The position numbers and the translations under genes are program-made. From Syntrophales bacterium (GTDB taxonomy: Bacteria > Desulfobacterota > Syntrophia > Syntrophales > UBA4778), in assembly GCA_963665615.2 (NCBI GenBank), contig CAXXQE010000001.1, positions 575,151-639,150 on the forward strand: a DNA stretch of 64,000 nucleotides, written 5' to 3'. This document shows positions 51,687-64,000 of this stretch, piece after piece. The notes beneath the pieces are model-generated. The model was not told the origin of the DNA. It was given only the letters and a program-made list of their open reading frames with translations, and did no database searches. Numbering within the stretch: position 1 is the stretch's first letter; each line of letters opens with the position of its first letter.

Positions 51687-51977
51687 ATGAAAATCAGACC
51701 ACTTCACGACAGGATTCTTGTCAAACGTTTGGAGGAGGAGCAGAAGACCAAGGGAGGAATCATCATCCCTGATACCGCCAAAGAGAAACCGATGGAAGGC
51801 GAAATTGTGGCTGTAGGCAAGGGCAAGGTTGCCGAAGACGGCAAAGTGACCAAGCTCGATGTGGCAAAGGGTGACAGGGTTCTGTTCAGCAAGTATGCAG
51901 GAACCGAAGTGAAGATTGACGGCGTCGATTACCTCATCATGAGAGAAGACGACATCCTCGGCATTATCGAAAAGTAA
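51687..51977 (+). CDS. groES: Co-chaperonin GroES
   Basis: [23 protein letters not shown]. Confidence 0.98.
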   Translation: MKIRPLHDRILVKRLEEEQKTKGGIIIPDTAKEKPMEGEIVAVGKGKVAEDGKVTKLDVAKGDRVLFSKYAGTEVKIDGVDYLIMREDDILGIIEK

Positions 51978-52000
51978 TCTTTTAAATATAAGGAGGTTGA

Positions 52001-53641
<1,641 letters not shown>

Positions 53642-53670
53642 TAAACACCCTGTAGCCTTGGCTATTGCCC

Positions 53671-53703
53671 AAAACCCCTGCCCATCGGGCAGGGGTTTTT
53701 TTT
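53671..53703 (+). terminator. Rho-independent terminator of groESL
   Basis: AAAACCCCTGCCC-ATC-GGGCAGGGG followed by a long T-run. Confidence 0.9.
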
Positions 53704-53716
53704 CGGATTCGCATTT

Positions 53717-54268
53717 ATGAAACGGATAATGGTTATCTCCGATACCCATGAAGATAGGGCCACCATACGGATGGTTCTGGACTTCCTGAAGGCATTCCAG
53801 GTTGACATGGTTATCCACTTGGGCGACTATTTCAGCGACACGGCTCTCCTGGAAAAAGAAGGGGTGTCGCTCATCAAGGTTCCAGGAACCTGGGATCCGC
53901 AATATGACGACCGCAGCATTCCGAATCGCCGATTCATCCACGTGGAAGGTTGGCGTATTTTTCTATCGCATACGCCCGATACGCATTACAACGATCTTCA
54001 CGACGACATCAAACCGGAACAGATCATTCATGACGGGGCTGCCGATCTCTTTCTGTACGGTCATACGCACCGGGCGGAAATCAAACGGCATCGGGGGATG
54101 ATCATTGCAAATCCAGGTCATCTAAGTTGTGACGAGGCGCGCGGTTATCCCCTGACATTCGCCCTGATGGATCTTGATCCGGTCCACATCACGATCAGCA
54201 TCCGGCAGTTGCTCCGCGATGATCCGGTGATGGAGAAACGCTACGATAAGGCGACTCTGAAGTACTGA
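53717..54268 (+). CDS. YfcE-family metallophosphoesterase
   Basis: SDTH, HLGD, GHTH, NPG. Confidence 0.85.
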   Translation: MKRIMVISDTHEDRATIRMVLDFLKAFQVDMVIHLGDYFSDTALLEKEGVSLIKVPGTWDPQYDDRSIPNRRFIHVEGWRIFLSHTPDTHYNDLHDDIKPEQIIHDGAADLFLYGHTHRAEIKRHRGMIIANPGHLSCDEARGYPLTFALMDLDPVHITISIRQLLRDDPVMEKRYDKATLKY

Positions 54269-54427
54269 CGGGTTTCGATACAGGCTTTTTTCTCTTCCGA
54301 CTTGCAACGCCTCCCTATCTATGCTAGGTTGCACCCAATTAAAATTATAAGTGATTTTCGATTCCGTACCCGTTCGGACCAGCCTCAGAACCGGTTCTGG
54401 CGCTTCGGATGATGTGAGGAGCCACCG

Positions 54428-57211
54428 ATGGATTACAAGGATACCTTGAATTTACCCAAAACAGATTTTCCTATGAAGGCGAACCTTGCTCAGAAAGAGC
54501 CGGAGTTCCTGAAAAAATGGGACGAGGCGGGCATTTACGAGCAGATCCGCAAGGTGGCCAAGGGCAAGCCGACCTATATTCTGCACGACGGCCCGCCTTA
54601 TGCCAACGGCCATATCCATCTTGGCACTGCTCTCAATAAGATCATCAAGGATATCGTCATCAAGTCGAAGAATATGTCAGGCTTTGACAGCGTCTATGTG
54701 CCGGGCTGGGACTGCCACGGACTCCCCATTGAACACCAGGTGGACAAGGAACTGGGCCCCAAGCGTCACGACATGCCGCAGGTCGAGAAGCGGCGTTACT
54801 GCCGCGCCTATGCCGAAAAATTCGTTGATCTTCAGCGGGAGGAATTCAAGCGTCTTGGCGTCTTCGCGGAGTGGGAGAACCCCTACCTCACGATGACCTA
54901 TGACTACGAGGCCGCGACGGTTGCGGAATTTTCCAAACTGTATTTGAGCGGCGATATTTACAAGGGCAAGAAACCCGTTTATTGGTGCGCGACCTGTCGC
55001 ACGGCGCTTGCCGAGGCGGAGGTGGAATACGCCGATCACAAGACCCCGTCGATCTTCGTCAAGTTTCCCATGATCTCAGAGATCGCCGCCGTTGTGCCGA
55101 AGCTGGCGGGCGAAAAGGTCAGCATGGTCATCTGGACGACCACCCCGTGGACGCTTCCCGCGAACCTGGCCATCGCCGCACATGAGACGTTCGAATATGT
55201 GGCGGTCAAGGCCGACGGCGAGGTGTTGATCCTCGCCAAGGAGCTGCTCGAGTCCTGCATGACGGCCTTCGGGATCAAGGAGTACGTGGAACTCGACACC
55301 TTCCCAGGATCGGTACTGGAGGGGCTCAAGTGCCGACATCCCTTTATCGACCGCGAAAGCGTCATGATCCTCGCGCCCTTTGTCACGCTCGAAACCGGAA
55401 CGGGACTGGTGCACATCGCACCCGGTCACGGTCAGGAAGACTACGAGATCGGCCTGGAATACGGGCTGGAGAATTATGCGCCGGTCAATGAAGAGGGCAA
55501 GTTCACGAAGGATGTGGCGTTCTTCGCCGGTCAGTTCGTCTTCGACGCCAATGACGCGGTCATCGCCAAGCTGAAGGAACTGGGCGCACTTCTCGGCCGC
55601 GCAGATATTCAGCACTCCTATCCGCACTGCTGGCGCTGCAAGCAGCCGATCATCTTCCGCTCCACAGAGCAGTGGTTCATTTCGATGGAAAAGAACGACC
55701 TGAGAAAGAAGGCCCTCCGGGCGATCGATCAGGTCAAGTGGTTCCCCTCCTGGGGACGCGACCGGATCTACGGCATGGTCGAAAACCGTCCCGACTGGTG
55801 CATCTCGCGCCAGCGCCTGTGGGGGGTGCCGATCACGATCTTCTACTGCAAGGACTGCGAGGAACTGGTCGCGACGAAGGAGATCCTCGATCACGTCGTT
55901 TCGCTGGTAAAGGAATTTAGCGCTGACGTCTGGTTCGACCGTGAGCCGAAGGACCTGATGCCTCCGGGAACAGTTTGTCCGCACTGTGGCGGCGCGAACT
56001 TCAAGAAGGACGTCAACATTCTCGATGTCTGGTTCGACTCCGGCGTGAGTCACGCCGCTGTGCTGGAGACACGGCCGGATCTGAGTTCGCCTGCGGATCT
56101 CTATCTGGAGGGAAGCGATCAGCACCGGGGCTGGTTCCATTCGTCGCTGCTTGAATCGATCGGGACGCGCGACCGGGCGCCCTTCAAGAGCGTTCTGACG
56201 CACGGCTTCGTCGTGGACGGCGCGGGCAAGAAGATGTCCAAGTCGCTCGGAAACGTCATCGATCCGCAGACGATCATCGATAAGAACGGCGCAGAGATCC
56301 TGAGGCTGTGGGTTTCCTCTGAGGATTATACACAGGATATCCGCATCTCCAAGGAGATCCTTGACCGGCTGATCGAAGCCTACCGGCGCATCCGCAATAC
56401 CGGCCGCTATATCCTCGGCAACCTCTACGATTTCAACCCGGATTCGGACAGCGTTCCCTACACGAAGATGGAAGAGATGGACCGCTGGGCCATTCATCGT
56501 TTACAAGAGGTGATCCGCCGGGTCCGTGCGGCCTACGACAATTTCGAGTTTCACGTCGTCTATTATACGATCTACAACTTCTGTAGCGTGGATCTGAGCG
56601 CGATGTACCTCGATGTTTCCAAGGATCGACTCTATACCTCCAAGGCGACGTCCAATGAGCGGCGCTCGGCGCAGACCGCAATGTACATGATCCTCGACGC
56701 GCTTACACGGCTCCTGGCGCCGGTCCTTACCTTCACGTCGGAGGAGCTATGGGCCAGCCTTCCCGCGTATGCGAACAAGGAGGCGGGCGTACATCTGGCG
56801 CAGTTCCCGGAGGTTCGCACTGACACCATGGACGAGGCCCTGATGGACAAATGGACGACGCTGCTGTCGGTCAAGGGAGAGATATCCAAGGCTATCGAGA
56901 TCGCCCGGAAAAACAAGGTCATCGGGCATGCCCTTGATGTCCGTGTCGATATCGCCGCGCCGGAAAAATTGCTGACGCTTCTTCGTGCAAACGCCGAGTT
57001 GTTGAAAACACTCAACATTGTGTCCGATCTGGGATTCAACGTCGTGGATGAGGCCAATGCCTGGCGCAGCGAGGCGATCGAAGGCCTTGCAGTCGGCGTG
57101 ACCAAAGCGACCGGCCAGAAGTGCCAGCGCTGCTGGAACTACAGCGAGTCGGTCGGCAAGCACGCGGATTACCCGGAAGTCTGCGAACGGTGCCACAAAA
57201 ATTTAGTGTAA
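54428..57211 (+). CDS. ileS: Isoleucyl-tRNA synthetase (type 1)
   Basis: [35 protein letters not shown]-terminal Zn finger. Confidence 0.99.
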   Translation: MDYKDTLNLPKTDFPMKANLAQKEPEFLKKWDEAGIYEQIRKVAKGKPTYILHDGPPYANGHIHLGTALNKIIKDIVIKSKNMSGFDSVYVPGWDCHGLPIEHQVDKELGPKRHDMPQVEKRRYCRAYAEKFVDLQREEFKRLGVFAEWENPYLTMTYDYEAATVAEFSKLYLSGDIYKGKKPVYWCATCRTALAEAEVEYADHKTPSIFVKFPMISEIAAVVPKLAGEKVSMVIWTTTPWTLPANLAIAAHETFEYVAVKADGEVLILAKELLESCMTAFGIKEYVELDTFPGSVLEGLKCRHPFIDRESVMILAPFVTLETGTGLVHIAPGHGQEDYEIGLEYGLENYAPVNEEGKFTKDVAFFAGQFVFDANDAVIAKLKELGALLGRADIQHSYPHCWRCKQPIIFRSTEQWFISMEKNDLRKKALRAIDQVKWFPSWGRDRIYGMVENRPDWCISRQRLWGVPITIFYCKDCEELVATKEILDHVVSLVKEFSADVWFDREPKDLMPPGTVCPHCGGANFKKDVNILDVWFDSGVSHAAVLETRPDLSSPADLYLEGSDQHRGWFHSSLLESIGTRDRAPFKSVLTHGFVVDGAGKKMSKSLGNVIDPQTIIDKNGAEILRLWVSSEDYTQDIRISKEILDRLIEAYRRIRNTGRYILGNLYDFNPDSDSVPYTKMEEMDRWAIHRLQEVIRRVRAAYDNFEFHVVYYTIYNFCSVDLSAMYLDVSKDRLYTSKATSNERRSAQTAMYMILDALTRLLAPVLTFTSEELWASLPAYANKEAGVHLAQFPEVRTDTMDEALMDKWTTLLSVKGEISKAIEIARKNKVIGHALDVRVDIAAPEKLLTLLRANAELLKTLNIVSDLGFNVVDEANAWRSEAIEGLAVGVTKATGQKCQRCWNYSESVGKHADYPEVCERCHKNLV

Positions 57212-57298
57212 ACAGGGAAGAGTCAATAGCGACGAGTGACAAGTCACAAGTGATAGACCCGTCACGTAATCCGTCCGTCCCACTGTCTCGTTAAAAAC

Positions 57299-57327
57299 CT
57301 GGATTCCCGCTTTTCGCGGGAATGGCC
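57299..57327. repeat. REP-like hairpin
   Basis: GGATTCCCGC-TTTTC-GCGGGAATGG, same family as the outer shell of 44606-44791. Confidence 0.6.
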
Positions 57328-57447
57328 GTCTTGGTGACTTTTTGTGGTGCCATTACAAGTGACGAGATGCAAAGTGAACGGGTTGATATTTTGCCGGGCA
57401 GCGCTCAATTTCCCAACAGCTTAACCCCTCAACCTCGGTAGTTTGAA

Positions 57448-57948
57448 ATGGAGTTTTTCGTGAAAAAAATGTATGGGATCTTCGGCCTGTTGGCCGCTTC
57501 GATTGTTGTTCTGGATCAGGTGACGAAACACTTGATCGATAGCGGGATGCGCCTGTACGATTCCTTGCCGGTTATTGACGGGTTTTTTAACATTACCTAT
57601 GTGCGAAATCCCGGAGCGGCCTTTAGTCTCTTGGCGAATGCCAACCCGACGTTCCGTGCGATCTTCTTTATCTGTGTAACGGTGGCCGCTGTCGTGCTGA
57701 TCCTGTATTATTTAAGATTGAGCAAAATGAAATCCATGTGGCTTATTGCTGCGCTGTCCCTCATCCTTGGCGGTGCTGTCGGTAACCTCATCGACCGCGT
57801 GCGTTTTGGCGAGGTGATCGATTTTTTGGACGTCTATGTCGGGACTTTCCACTGGCCTGCCTTCAACGTTGCTGACTCCGCTATCTGTGTCGGCGCCGCT
57901 CTGCTTCTGATCGGCATGATTGCAAAGAAGAGACAGGGCCATCAGTGA
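57448..57948 (+). CDS. lspA: Lipoprotein signal peptidase (start uncertain, 57448-57469)
   Basis: LDQVTK, NPGAAFS, GNLIDR, VIDF, FNVADS; follows ileS. Confidence 0.96.
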   Translation: MEFFVKKMYGIFGLLAASIVVLDQVTKHLIDSGMRLYDSLPVIDGFFNITYVRNPGAAFSLLANANPTFRAIFFICVTVAAVVLILYYLRLSKMKSMWLIAALSLILGGAVGNLIDRVRFGEVIDFLDVYVGTFHWPAFNVADSAICVGAALLLIGMIAKKRQGHQ

Positions 57949-58092
57949 GGCGCGGTTGGAGGGTTGTCGAGAGGGTTTACTGCGTCCGGACCAACCACGA
58001 CGGGTTCATTTCCTCTTACCCGTTACCAATCCCTTCTTCCATCAAATCCCTGGAACCACAGCACAGAGCCATCGGCTTCAGGCGATAGCGGT

Positions 58093-59124
58093 TCATTTCT
58101 CCTCCCATGGGTGCTTCGCTTTCAGAATGCCATTCAGCGCCGCCAGGATGTTTTCCGCCTGTTCGTAGTTCTTTTTACCCCCGGCCCCAATTACGACACA
58201 GGAGGGGGTTGTGTGGATCCCGTCTTCCCGAATGTAGCCTGACAGGGTTTTGAAGTAATCGGCGTGAGAAGCATGGGCAGTCATGACCCCTTTGCTTTTG
58301 AGGTAGGGGATCATGGCCGTCTCCGACGTAATTCCCTGCTTGGCTGCGGCAAAGAGGACAGCGCGCACGGCCTTGGCTGTCTCATAGCGGCGGTCATTTA
58401 CGGTGGCATAGAAAAAGTAACGCGCATACAGAGGTGTGATTTCCTGGTGGATGGGGGTGTCGATAAAGACCACCCGTGCCTTTTTCTCGGCGACGATCTG
58501 ATCCAGCACGGCTTCTGCGTCCGATTCGAGGTGTTGGCAGGGGGGACAGAAATAGTCGGTGTAGATTCGGATCTCGGTTCTTCCGCCACCATAGTAAAAC
58601 GGCGGCTTCGGCGATTCTTCAGCGTAGACTGGAGCAGCCGATCCGGTGAAGGAAACAACAAAAAACAAAAATCCCAGAAGGGTGCACAGTGACAGGGGAA
58701 TGGTTCGGGATTGTCCCTTTACAGGGATATCGATGGTTCCCAACAGGTCAACGGCGCGTCGCCATCCTGTCCGTTTTGGCAGGGGGGAACGATAGTTGAC
58801 GAAGAAAATCAGAATCAGCGTTGCCGCAAAGGTCAGGCAGTAGGGACAGAAAATGCCCTGATAAACCTGGTAACCGAAGAGAAAGATTTCTCCGCCGATC
58901 GCTGCAGCCAGGCCCATTCTCAGCATGCGATCCCATCCGGCCAGCGAGCAGATCACGACCGATATCATGGCAGGAATGCCGATGTACTTGAGGTTGATAC
59001 CGAATATGTCTCCCGTCAGGTACGCGCAGGCATCATTGCATTGCAGGTAATACCACATGACGCCACCGCCGACTGCGGCCAGCGCCAAGGTCAGAATTTT
59101 TTTGGTTCGAGAACTAATGCGCAT
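58093..59124 (-). CDS. VKOR-like membrane domain fused to a DsbA/thioredoxin domain
   Basis: CNDAC loop, TM helices with CPYC; C-terminal DYFCPPC and TTP cis-Pro motif. Confidence 0.75.
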   Translation of the reverse strand: MRISSRTKKILTLALAAVGGGVMWYYLQCNDACAYLTGDIFGINLKYIGIPAMISVVICSLAGWDRMLRMGLAAAIGGEIFLFGYQVYQGIFCPYCLTFAATLILIFFVNYRSPLPKRTGWRRAVDLLGTIDIPVKGQSRTIPLSLCTLLGFLFFVVSFTGSAAPVYAEESPKPPFYYGGGRTEIRIYTDYFCPPCQHLESDAEAVLDQIVAEKKARVVFIDTPIHQEITPLYARYFFYATVNDRRYETAKAVRAVLFAAAKQGITSETAMIPYLKSKGVMTAHASHADYFKTLSGYIREDGIHTTPSCVVIGAGGKKNYEQAENILAALNGILKAKHPWEEK

Positions 59125-59234
59125 AGTGTTGCCGTCCCGGATATGATTTTCGTATAATCTCTTTAATTTTTATATAAAAGAAATCCATTAAGATGCAACT
59201 GTTTTGTGCAGGGCTTGGGGAGAAGGTTTCGAGA

Positions 59235-59576
59235 TCAGTCTGATCGACGATTCCCCGGAAACTGCGGACAGATTTCAGACTGGCCAGGCTGATAGTTCCG
59301 GCAGACCGTCGGACGGGTTTCATAGATGGAACACCCGAAGCGCTCCCCGTCACAATCGAAAAAAGTGCATCCATGAAAGGGACGACCGGTTTCTGTAGAG
59401 ATCAGATGATCTCCGGCCCAGATGCCATGCCGGTTGTTGATAGCCGTGAAGATATCGGTTCGACCTTCCGCTTCCCATCGCCGCCGGTCTTCGTCGGTGG
59501 CGTAAGCCATCACATCTGCCAGACAGCATTGCCCGCAACGTTTGCACTCGGGACTATCGGCATCGTCTCGACTCAT
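59235..59576 (-). CDS. YkgJ-family cysteine-cluster protein
   Basis: CKRCGQCC ... CTF ... CSIYETRPTVCRNY. Confidence 0.85.
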   Translation of the reverse strand: MSRDDADSPECKRCGQCCLADVMAYATDEDRRRWEAEGRTDIFTAINNRHGIWAGDHLISTETGRPFHGCTFFDCDGERFGCSIYETRPTVCRNYQPGQSEICPQFPGNRRSD

Positions 59577-59698
59577 ACGGTTTTCCTTTCCGTGGGCTGA
59601 ACCGCTTTTGCCAAAAGGGCATTGTAGATCGTCAACCCCGTCTCAGGGGGTATAAATCGTTGAGATGAAGATCTATGGGGTGGTATTGAGAATCGGCC

Positions 59699-60463
59699 TT
59701 ATGGCTTGATGAGTTTCTCAACCCCTTCTGTATCGTTGTTTTCGATCAGGGTCTTTAGTTCCGCAAGGGCCTCCGAATAGAGATTCAGGATGTGGTCCCG
59801 ATTGGGATTGAATGCGATGATCTCCGCGTAGAGTCTCGGTGTACCGCGGAAGATCCGGTCCATGATGGCCTGCTTGGTTCTGAAAATCGGCGTTGAAAAG
59901 GACGCCAGGTCTGATTCCGGGATGCCCGATTTTCTCAAGGCCAGACCGAGGGTCATGGTATTGAGGTGATTCAAGGCCTGGACGATGGACACCATCTCAT
60001 CATGCCTCTCTGGAGACGTTATGGTTACGCAGGCATGGTGGCGTTCGAGAAGATTCCGCACCCAAGAAAGCCAGCGTTCTCCGCGACCCGGGCAGAGGAC
60101 GACATTCTGACCCGCGATGGACGAAAGGTCCGGTCCGAACAGCGGGTGCATGCCGATCACCTCCGAGTCGGAGGCGCGCAGCATGGCTGCCAGCGGTTCC
60201 ACCTTGAGCGAGGTCAGGTCCATCAGAAGATTTTCTTTTTTAATCAGAGGACCGACCTTTTCGATCATCCGGACAGTATCGCCGATCGGGACGGCGATGA
60301 TAACAACGGTGCAGGTTTCCGCCATCTCTTCGTGGGACAGTCCAGAGGTTCTCCCCGAAACGTAAACCGTATACCCTGCCGCTTCGAAGAAGCGCGCAAA
60401 CCACTTCCCGATGCCGCCCGTACCTCCGATAATGCCGATTGCAATTTTATCTGCGTTGTTCAT
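59699..60463 (-). CDS. tyrA: Prephenate dehydrogenase
   Basis: IIGGTGGIG, DLTSLK, HPLFGP, HDEMVSIVQALNH. Confidence 0.9.
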   Translation of the reverse strand: MNNADKIAIGIIGGTGGIGKWFARFFEAAGYTVYVSGRTSGLSHEEMAETCTVVIIAVPIGDTVRMIEKVGPLIKKENLLMDLTSLKVEPLAAMLRASDSEVIGMHPLFGPDLSSIAGQNVVLCPGRGERWLSWVRNLLERHHACVTITSPERHDEMVSIVQALNHLNTMTLGLALRKSGIPESDLASFSTPIFRTKQAIMDRIFRGTPRLYAEIIAFNPNRDHILNLYSEALAELKTLIENNDTEGVEKLIKP

Positions 60464-60569
60464 AGGCCTTGTTAATCAGGATTCAAGGGGTCTGGGGGGA
60501 GAAAAAACCGATTTGGCATTTTCGTTGGCCTCTTGCTCCCAGATCGTAAGAGTTTTGCCTTGTCACTTG

Positions 60570-60766
60570 TGACGGCCTCGTAAAAAATCGAATAACGTAT
60601 CAATCATAAAACAAGAGGATGACGGACTGGGTCTCGAACGCGAATCAAAGATTTTTTCAGCCCGACGGCATTGGCAATTTGGCGCTGAACATGGCGGAAA
60701 AAGATTTTTGAGCGGCAGAGAGCCGGCCCGTCATCGCTCATTCCCTGACTTTTTACAAAACCATCA
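60570..60766 (-). mobile_element. MITE family A, complete copy without passenger
   Basis: Reverse complement of 46595-46904 minus the insert; both TIRs present; flanking direct repeat CTTG. Confidence 0.85.
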
Positions 60767-60770
60767 CTTG

Positions 60771-61310
60771 TTACTCGTCACTGCGGTGACAGCCGCTATT
60801 GTTCAGATGCCGTTCGGCCAGGACAATACCCAGTGCCGTCTTCGCGTCAATAATCTCCCCGGCGCGCACCATCCGCATGGCCTCCGCCATCGGGGTCGGC
60901 TGTATCTCGATGATTTCATCCTCGTCGCCGGGAAGCCTCTTTTCGACCAGGTCGAGGGCCAAATAGAAGTACATATATTCGTTGCAGTATCCAGGTACGA
61001 GATAGCCTTCGAAGAGCTTGACGAGCGTTTTCGCCTGGTAGCCGGCCTCTTCCGCGAGCTCCCGCTGAACGCACGCTTCGATTGTTTCTCCCGAATCGAT
61101 GCTGCCTGCCGGGATTTCGATCAGGTACTGGTTCAGGGCGCTGCGGTACTGTCTGAGGAGGATCACCCTGCCGTCGGCATCGACCGGGACGACGGCGATG
61201 GTCGGCTTGTGGTCGATCCGGGTCTGGCGTACCGTCCGTCCATCGGGTAGTTGAAAATCCGTTTCGTAAATGTCGAAGATCCGGCAATGGTAGACCGGGG
61301 CATCGGCCAT
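60771..61310 (-). CDS. NUDIX hydrolase (ADP-ribose pyrophosphatase-like)
   Basis: QYR, EIPAGSIDSGE...RELAEEAGY, DEDE, DAKT. Confidence 0.9.
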   Translation of the reverse strand: MADAPVYHCRIFDIYETDFQLPDGRTVRQTRIDHKPTIAVVPVDADGRVILLRQYRSALNQYLIEIPAGSIDSGETIEACVQRELAEEAGYQAKTLVKLFEGYLVPGYCNEYMYFYLALDLVEKRLPGDEDEIIEIQPTPMAEAMRMVRAGEIIDAKTALGIVLAERHLNNSGCHRSDE

Positions 61311-63940
61311 TAGAGAACCTCCTCGATTTTGGCAATAGCCTGCGCAAGGTTCTCAGGTTGCGTGCCGCCTGCCTGAGCCATATCAGCGCGACCGCCGCCG
61401 CTGCCGCCCACGACGGGTGCAATCGTTTTGACGATCTTGCCCGCGTCGAATTTGCCGGTCAGATCCTTCGTGACCAGGCACAGGAGCATCGCCTTATCGC
61501 CGGTCTTGCTGCCCAGCAAAATGATGCCCGATTGCAGCCGATCGCGAAGCTTGTCGCCGAAGTCGCGTAGGGTCTTGACATCGGGGACATCCACGATCGT
61601 TGCCAGAACCTTGACCCCGTTGATCTCGCGGGCCTGCCCCAGCAGATCCGTGGAGTCCTTGGCCGCCAGTTTTCCCTTGAGTCCTTCGATCTCCTTTTCG
61701 AGCTCGCGTTGGTGTTTGAGGACCTTCTCGATACGATCGGCAACCTCCTCTGTCGTCGCCTTCAGAATAGCCGCGGCCTTGCGGAGCTCCTCCTGGGTTT
61801 TCTCGATGGAACGAATGGCGGCATCTCCCGCCAGGGCTTCTATTCGGCGGACACCTGCGGCAACCGAGGACTCGCTCAAGATCTTAAGGCAGCCGATATC
61901 GCCAGTGCGCGCGACGTGGGTGCCGCCGCAGAGTTCGCTGCTGACAGTTCCCATTGAAACGACGCGTACCTCCGTACCGTACTTTTCGTCGAAAACCGCT
62001 GTGGCGCCAGCCTTGATAGCATCGTCCTTGGACATGAGGACGGTCGAAACAGGGAGATTGCGCCGGATATATTCGTTGGCGAGCCTCTCGATTTGGATCA
62101 GCTCTTCCTCTTCGATCTTCGAGAAATGAGTGAAGTCGAAGCGAAGCCGCTCGGCGTTAACGAGCGAGCCCGACTGTTTGATGTGGTCCCCAAGAATCGC
62201 CTTCAGCGCGGCGTTGAGGATATGCGTGGCGGAGTGGTGGCCCTCGATAGCGCGCCGCTGTGTCGTATCGGCCGTCAGGGTCACTGCGTTGCCGATCTGG
62301 ATCGTTCCCGATACGACACGTCCGATATGCGTAATCAGATCCTCCACGGGGCGCTGGGTGTCGCGGACTTCGAAGACGAAACCGTCTCCAGCGATGAGTC
62401 CGGTATCGCCGATTTGACCGCCCGTCTCGCCGTAGAAGCACGTCTGATCGACGAAGAGCTCCGCCTCGTCGCCGGCGGCGATTGTATCGACGACCTCATG
62501 GTTTTTCAGCATCGCCGTTACCTTCGATTTGACCTCGGTCACCCCTTCGTAGCCCTTGAAGATCGTCGAAATGCCGCCGACAGAAAGCAGCTTGTAGGCA
62601 TCCGAAACGGCCTGTTCGCCGCTGCCCTTCCATGATTCGCGGGCCTTTTCACGCTGGGCCTCCATGGCCCGCTCGAAGCCTTCCATGTCCGGCGTGATCT
62701 TGTCCTTCTTCAGGATATCCGCTGTCAGATCGACGGGGAACCCGAAGGTATCGTAGAGTTTGAAGACGATATCACCAGGGAAGACAGCCAGGCCTTCTTT
62801 TTTCAGAAGTGCGACCTCGTCGTTCAGGATGCGCAAACCCTGGTCGAGGGTTTCTGTAAACCGCTCTTCCTCGTTGAAAATGACCTTGCGGATGTAGTTT
62901 TCTTTGTCGATCAGATCGAAGTAGGGGTCTCTCATCTGATCGATGATGACCGAAGCGGCGTCGTGGAGGAATGGCGCATTGAGGCCCAGGAGTTTTCCGT
63001 GACGCGCCGCGCGGCGCAAGATGCGGCGCAGGACGTAACCGCGTCCCTCGTTGCTCGGCAGGACGCCGTCGCCAATCAGGAAGGTGATCGAGCGACTGTG
63101 GTCGGCGATCACCCGGATCGAGACATCGTTTTCCGGGTCTTTACCGTAGGTTTTTCCGCTGATCTTTTCAACGAAATGAATAAGCGGTTGAAAGAGATCG
63201 GTGTCGTAATTGCTGTAAACGCCCTGGACGACCGCTGCCAGGCGCTCCAGCCCCATGCCGGTGTCGATATTGGGTTTGGGCAGCGGGGTGAGCTTGCCGG
63301 TCGCGTCACGGTCGAACTGGGTGAAGACGTGGTTCCAGATCTCCAGGTGGCGGTCGCAATCGCAGTAGACGTCGCACTCCGCCCGTCCGCAGCCAACGCC
63401 GGGTCCCATGTCGTAAAGGATCTCCGAGCATGGCCCGCAGGGGCCGGTATCGCCCATCATCCAGAAGTTGCTCTTTTCGCCCATCCGGACGATCCGGTCG
63501 GTGGGGACGCCGACGATGTTATGCCAGATTTCGAAGGCCTCATCGTCGTTTTCGAAGATCGTGATCCAGAGTCGGCTCTTGTCGAGCTTCATTTCTTCTG
63601 TGAGAAATTCCCACCCCCAGCAGATGGATTCCTTTTTGAAATAGTCTCCGAAAGAGAAGTTCCCGAGCATTTCGAAGAAGGTGTGGTGACGGGCCGTGAC
63701 GCCGACGTTTTCGAGGTCATTGTGCTTGCCGCCCGCGCGGACCGATTTCTGAGCACTTGCCGCCCGCGTGTACCCGCGATCTTCCAGGCCCAGGAAACAG
63801 TTTTTGAACTGCACCATTCCGGAGTTCGTGAAGAGCAGCGTCGGGTCGTCCTTCGGGATCAGTCCGGAGCTCGGGACGATGGTATGTCCCTGCCGCTCAA
63901 AGTATTTCAGAAATCGTTCTCTGATTTCTTTGCCAGTCAT
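61310..63940 (-). CDS. alaS: Alanyl-tRNA synthetase
   Basis: DPTLLFTNSGM, HHTFFEMLGNFSFGDYFK, HSATH, ELCGGTH, GGSGGG. Confidence 0.99.
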   Translation of the reverse strand: MTGKEIRERFLKYFERQGHTIVPSSGLIPKDDPTLLFTNSGMVQFKNCFLGLEDRGYTRAASAQKSVRAGGKHNDLENVGVTARHHTFFEMLGNFSFGDYFKKESICWGWEFLTEEMKLDKSRLWITIFENDDEAFEIWHNIVGVPTDRIVRMGEKSNFWMMGDTGPCGPCSEILYDMGPGVGCGRAECDVYCDCDRHLEIWNHVFTQFDRDATGKLTPLPKPNIDTGMGLERLAAVVQGVYSNYDTDLFQPLIHFVEKISGKTYGKDPENDVSIRVIADHSRSITFLIGDGVLPSNEGRGYVLRRILRRAARHGKLLGLNAPFLHDAASVIIDQMRDPYFDLIDKENYIRKVIFNEEERFTETLDQGLRILNDEVALLKKEGLAVFPGDIVFKLYDTFGFPVDLTADILKKDKITPDMEGFERAMEAQREKARESWKGSGEQAVSDAYKLLSVGGISTIFKGYEGVTEVKSKVTAMLKNHEVVDTIAAGDEAELFVDQTCFYGETGGQIGDTGLIAGDGFVFEVRDTQRPVEDLITHIGRVVSGTIQIGNAVTLTADTTQRRAIEGHHSATHILNAALKAILGDHIKQSGSLVNAERLRFDFTHFSKIEEEELIQIERLANEYIRRNLPVSTVLMSKDDAIKAGATAVFDEKYGTEVRVVSMGTVSSELCGGTHVARTGDIGCLKILSESSVAAGVRRIEALAGDAAIRSIEKTQEELRKAAAILKATTEEVADRIEKVLKHQRELEKEIEGLKGKLAAKDSTDLLGQAREINGVKVLATIVDVPDVKTLRDFGDKLRDRLQSGIILLGSKTGDKAMLLCLVTKDLTGKFDAGKIVKTIAPVVGGSGGGRADMAQAGGTQPENLAQAIAKIEEVL

Positions 63941-64000
63941 CGAATCAATCCTCCACAGTGATATGTTTGTTGGGCAGTCAGTCGCACGATGCGTTTATTC

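Noticed and set aside
55076..56497. 473-aa ORF antisense to ileS (likewise 62963-63961 against alaS and 42613-43641 against pstS)
   Set aside because: Antisense shadow frames overlapping well-supported genes

Overview
GC-rich chromosomal segment of an anaerobic deltaproteobacterium-type organism; the gene content and repeats resemble Desulfobacterota/Syntrophales (inferred, not database-checked). The backbone is housekeeping: amtB-glnK-glnD, comM/yifB, murI, yitJ-type methyltransferase/MTHFR, moaC, pdxT, a NikR-regulated nickel ECF transporter, radA, phoB, pstSCAB-phoU-phoR, pit, groESL, ileS-lspA, tyrA and alaS. Accessory features: (1) An AT-richer islet (~37.0-42.55 kb) separates phoB from pstS. 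It carries an integrase-less integron: an attI-like site, three attC-like sites, two gene cassettes and a 76-bp ORF-less cassette, with an empty promoter-terminator slot where intI should lie. It also carries a TPR-glycosyltransferase next to a Ser/Thr-rich protein with a 342-bp internal duplication. (2) A four-gene FecR / coiled-coil / TPR-PDZ / TPR-PDZ operon with a sigma28-like promoter. (3) Three paralogous Cys-rich 4Fe-4S proteins, two of them behind a sigma54 promoter. (4) A DapB-like protein lacking its catalytic domain. (5) Several layers of small repeats: a TIR-bounded MITE with 4-bp target duplications and a covarying stem, a ~114-bp passenger found at the same MITE site in both orientations, nested REP-like elements and heptamer arrays. 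No rRNA, tRNA, CRISPR array or transposase was recognised.
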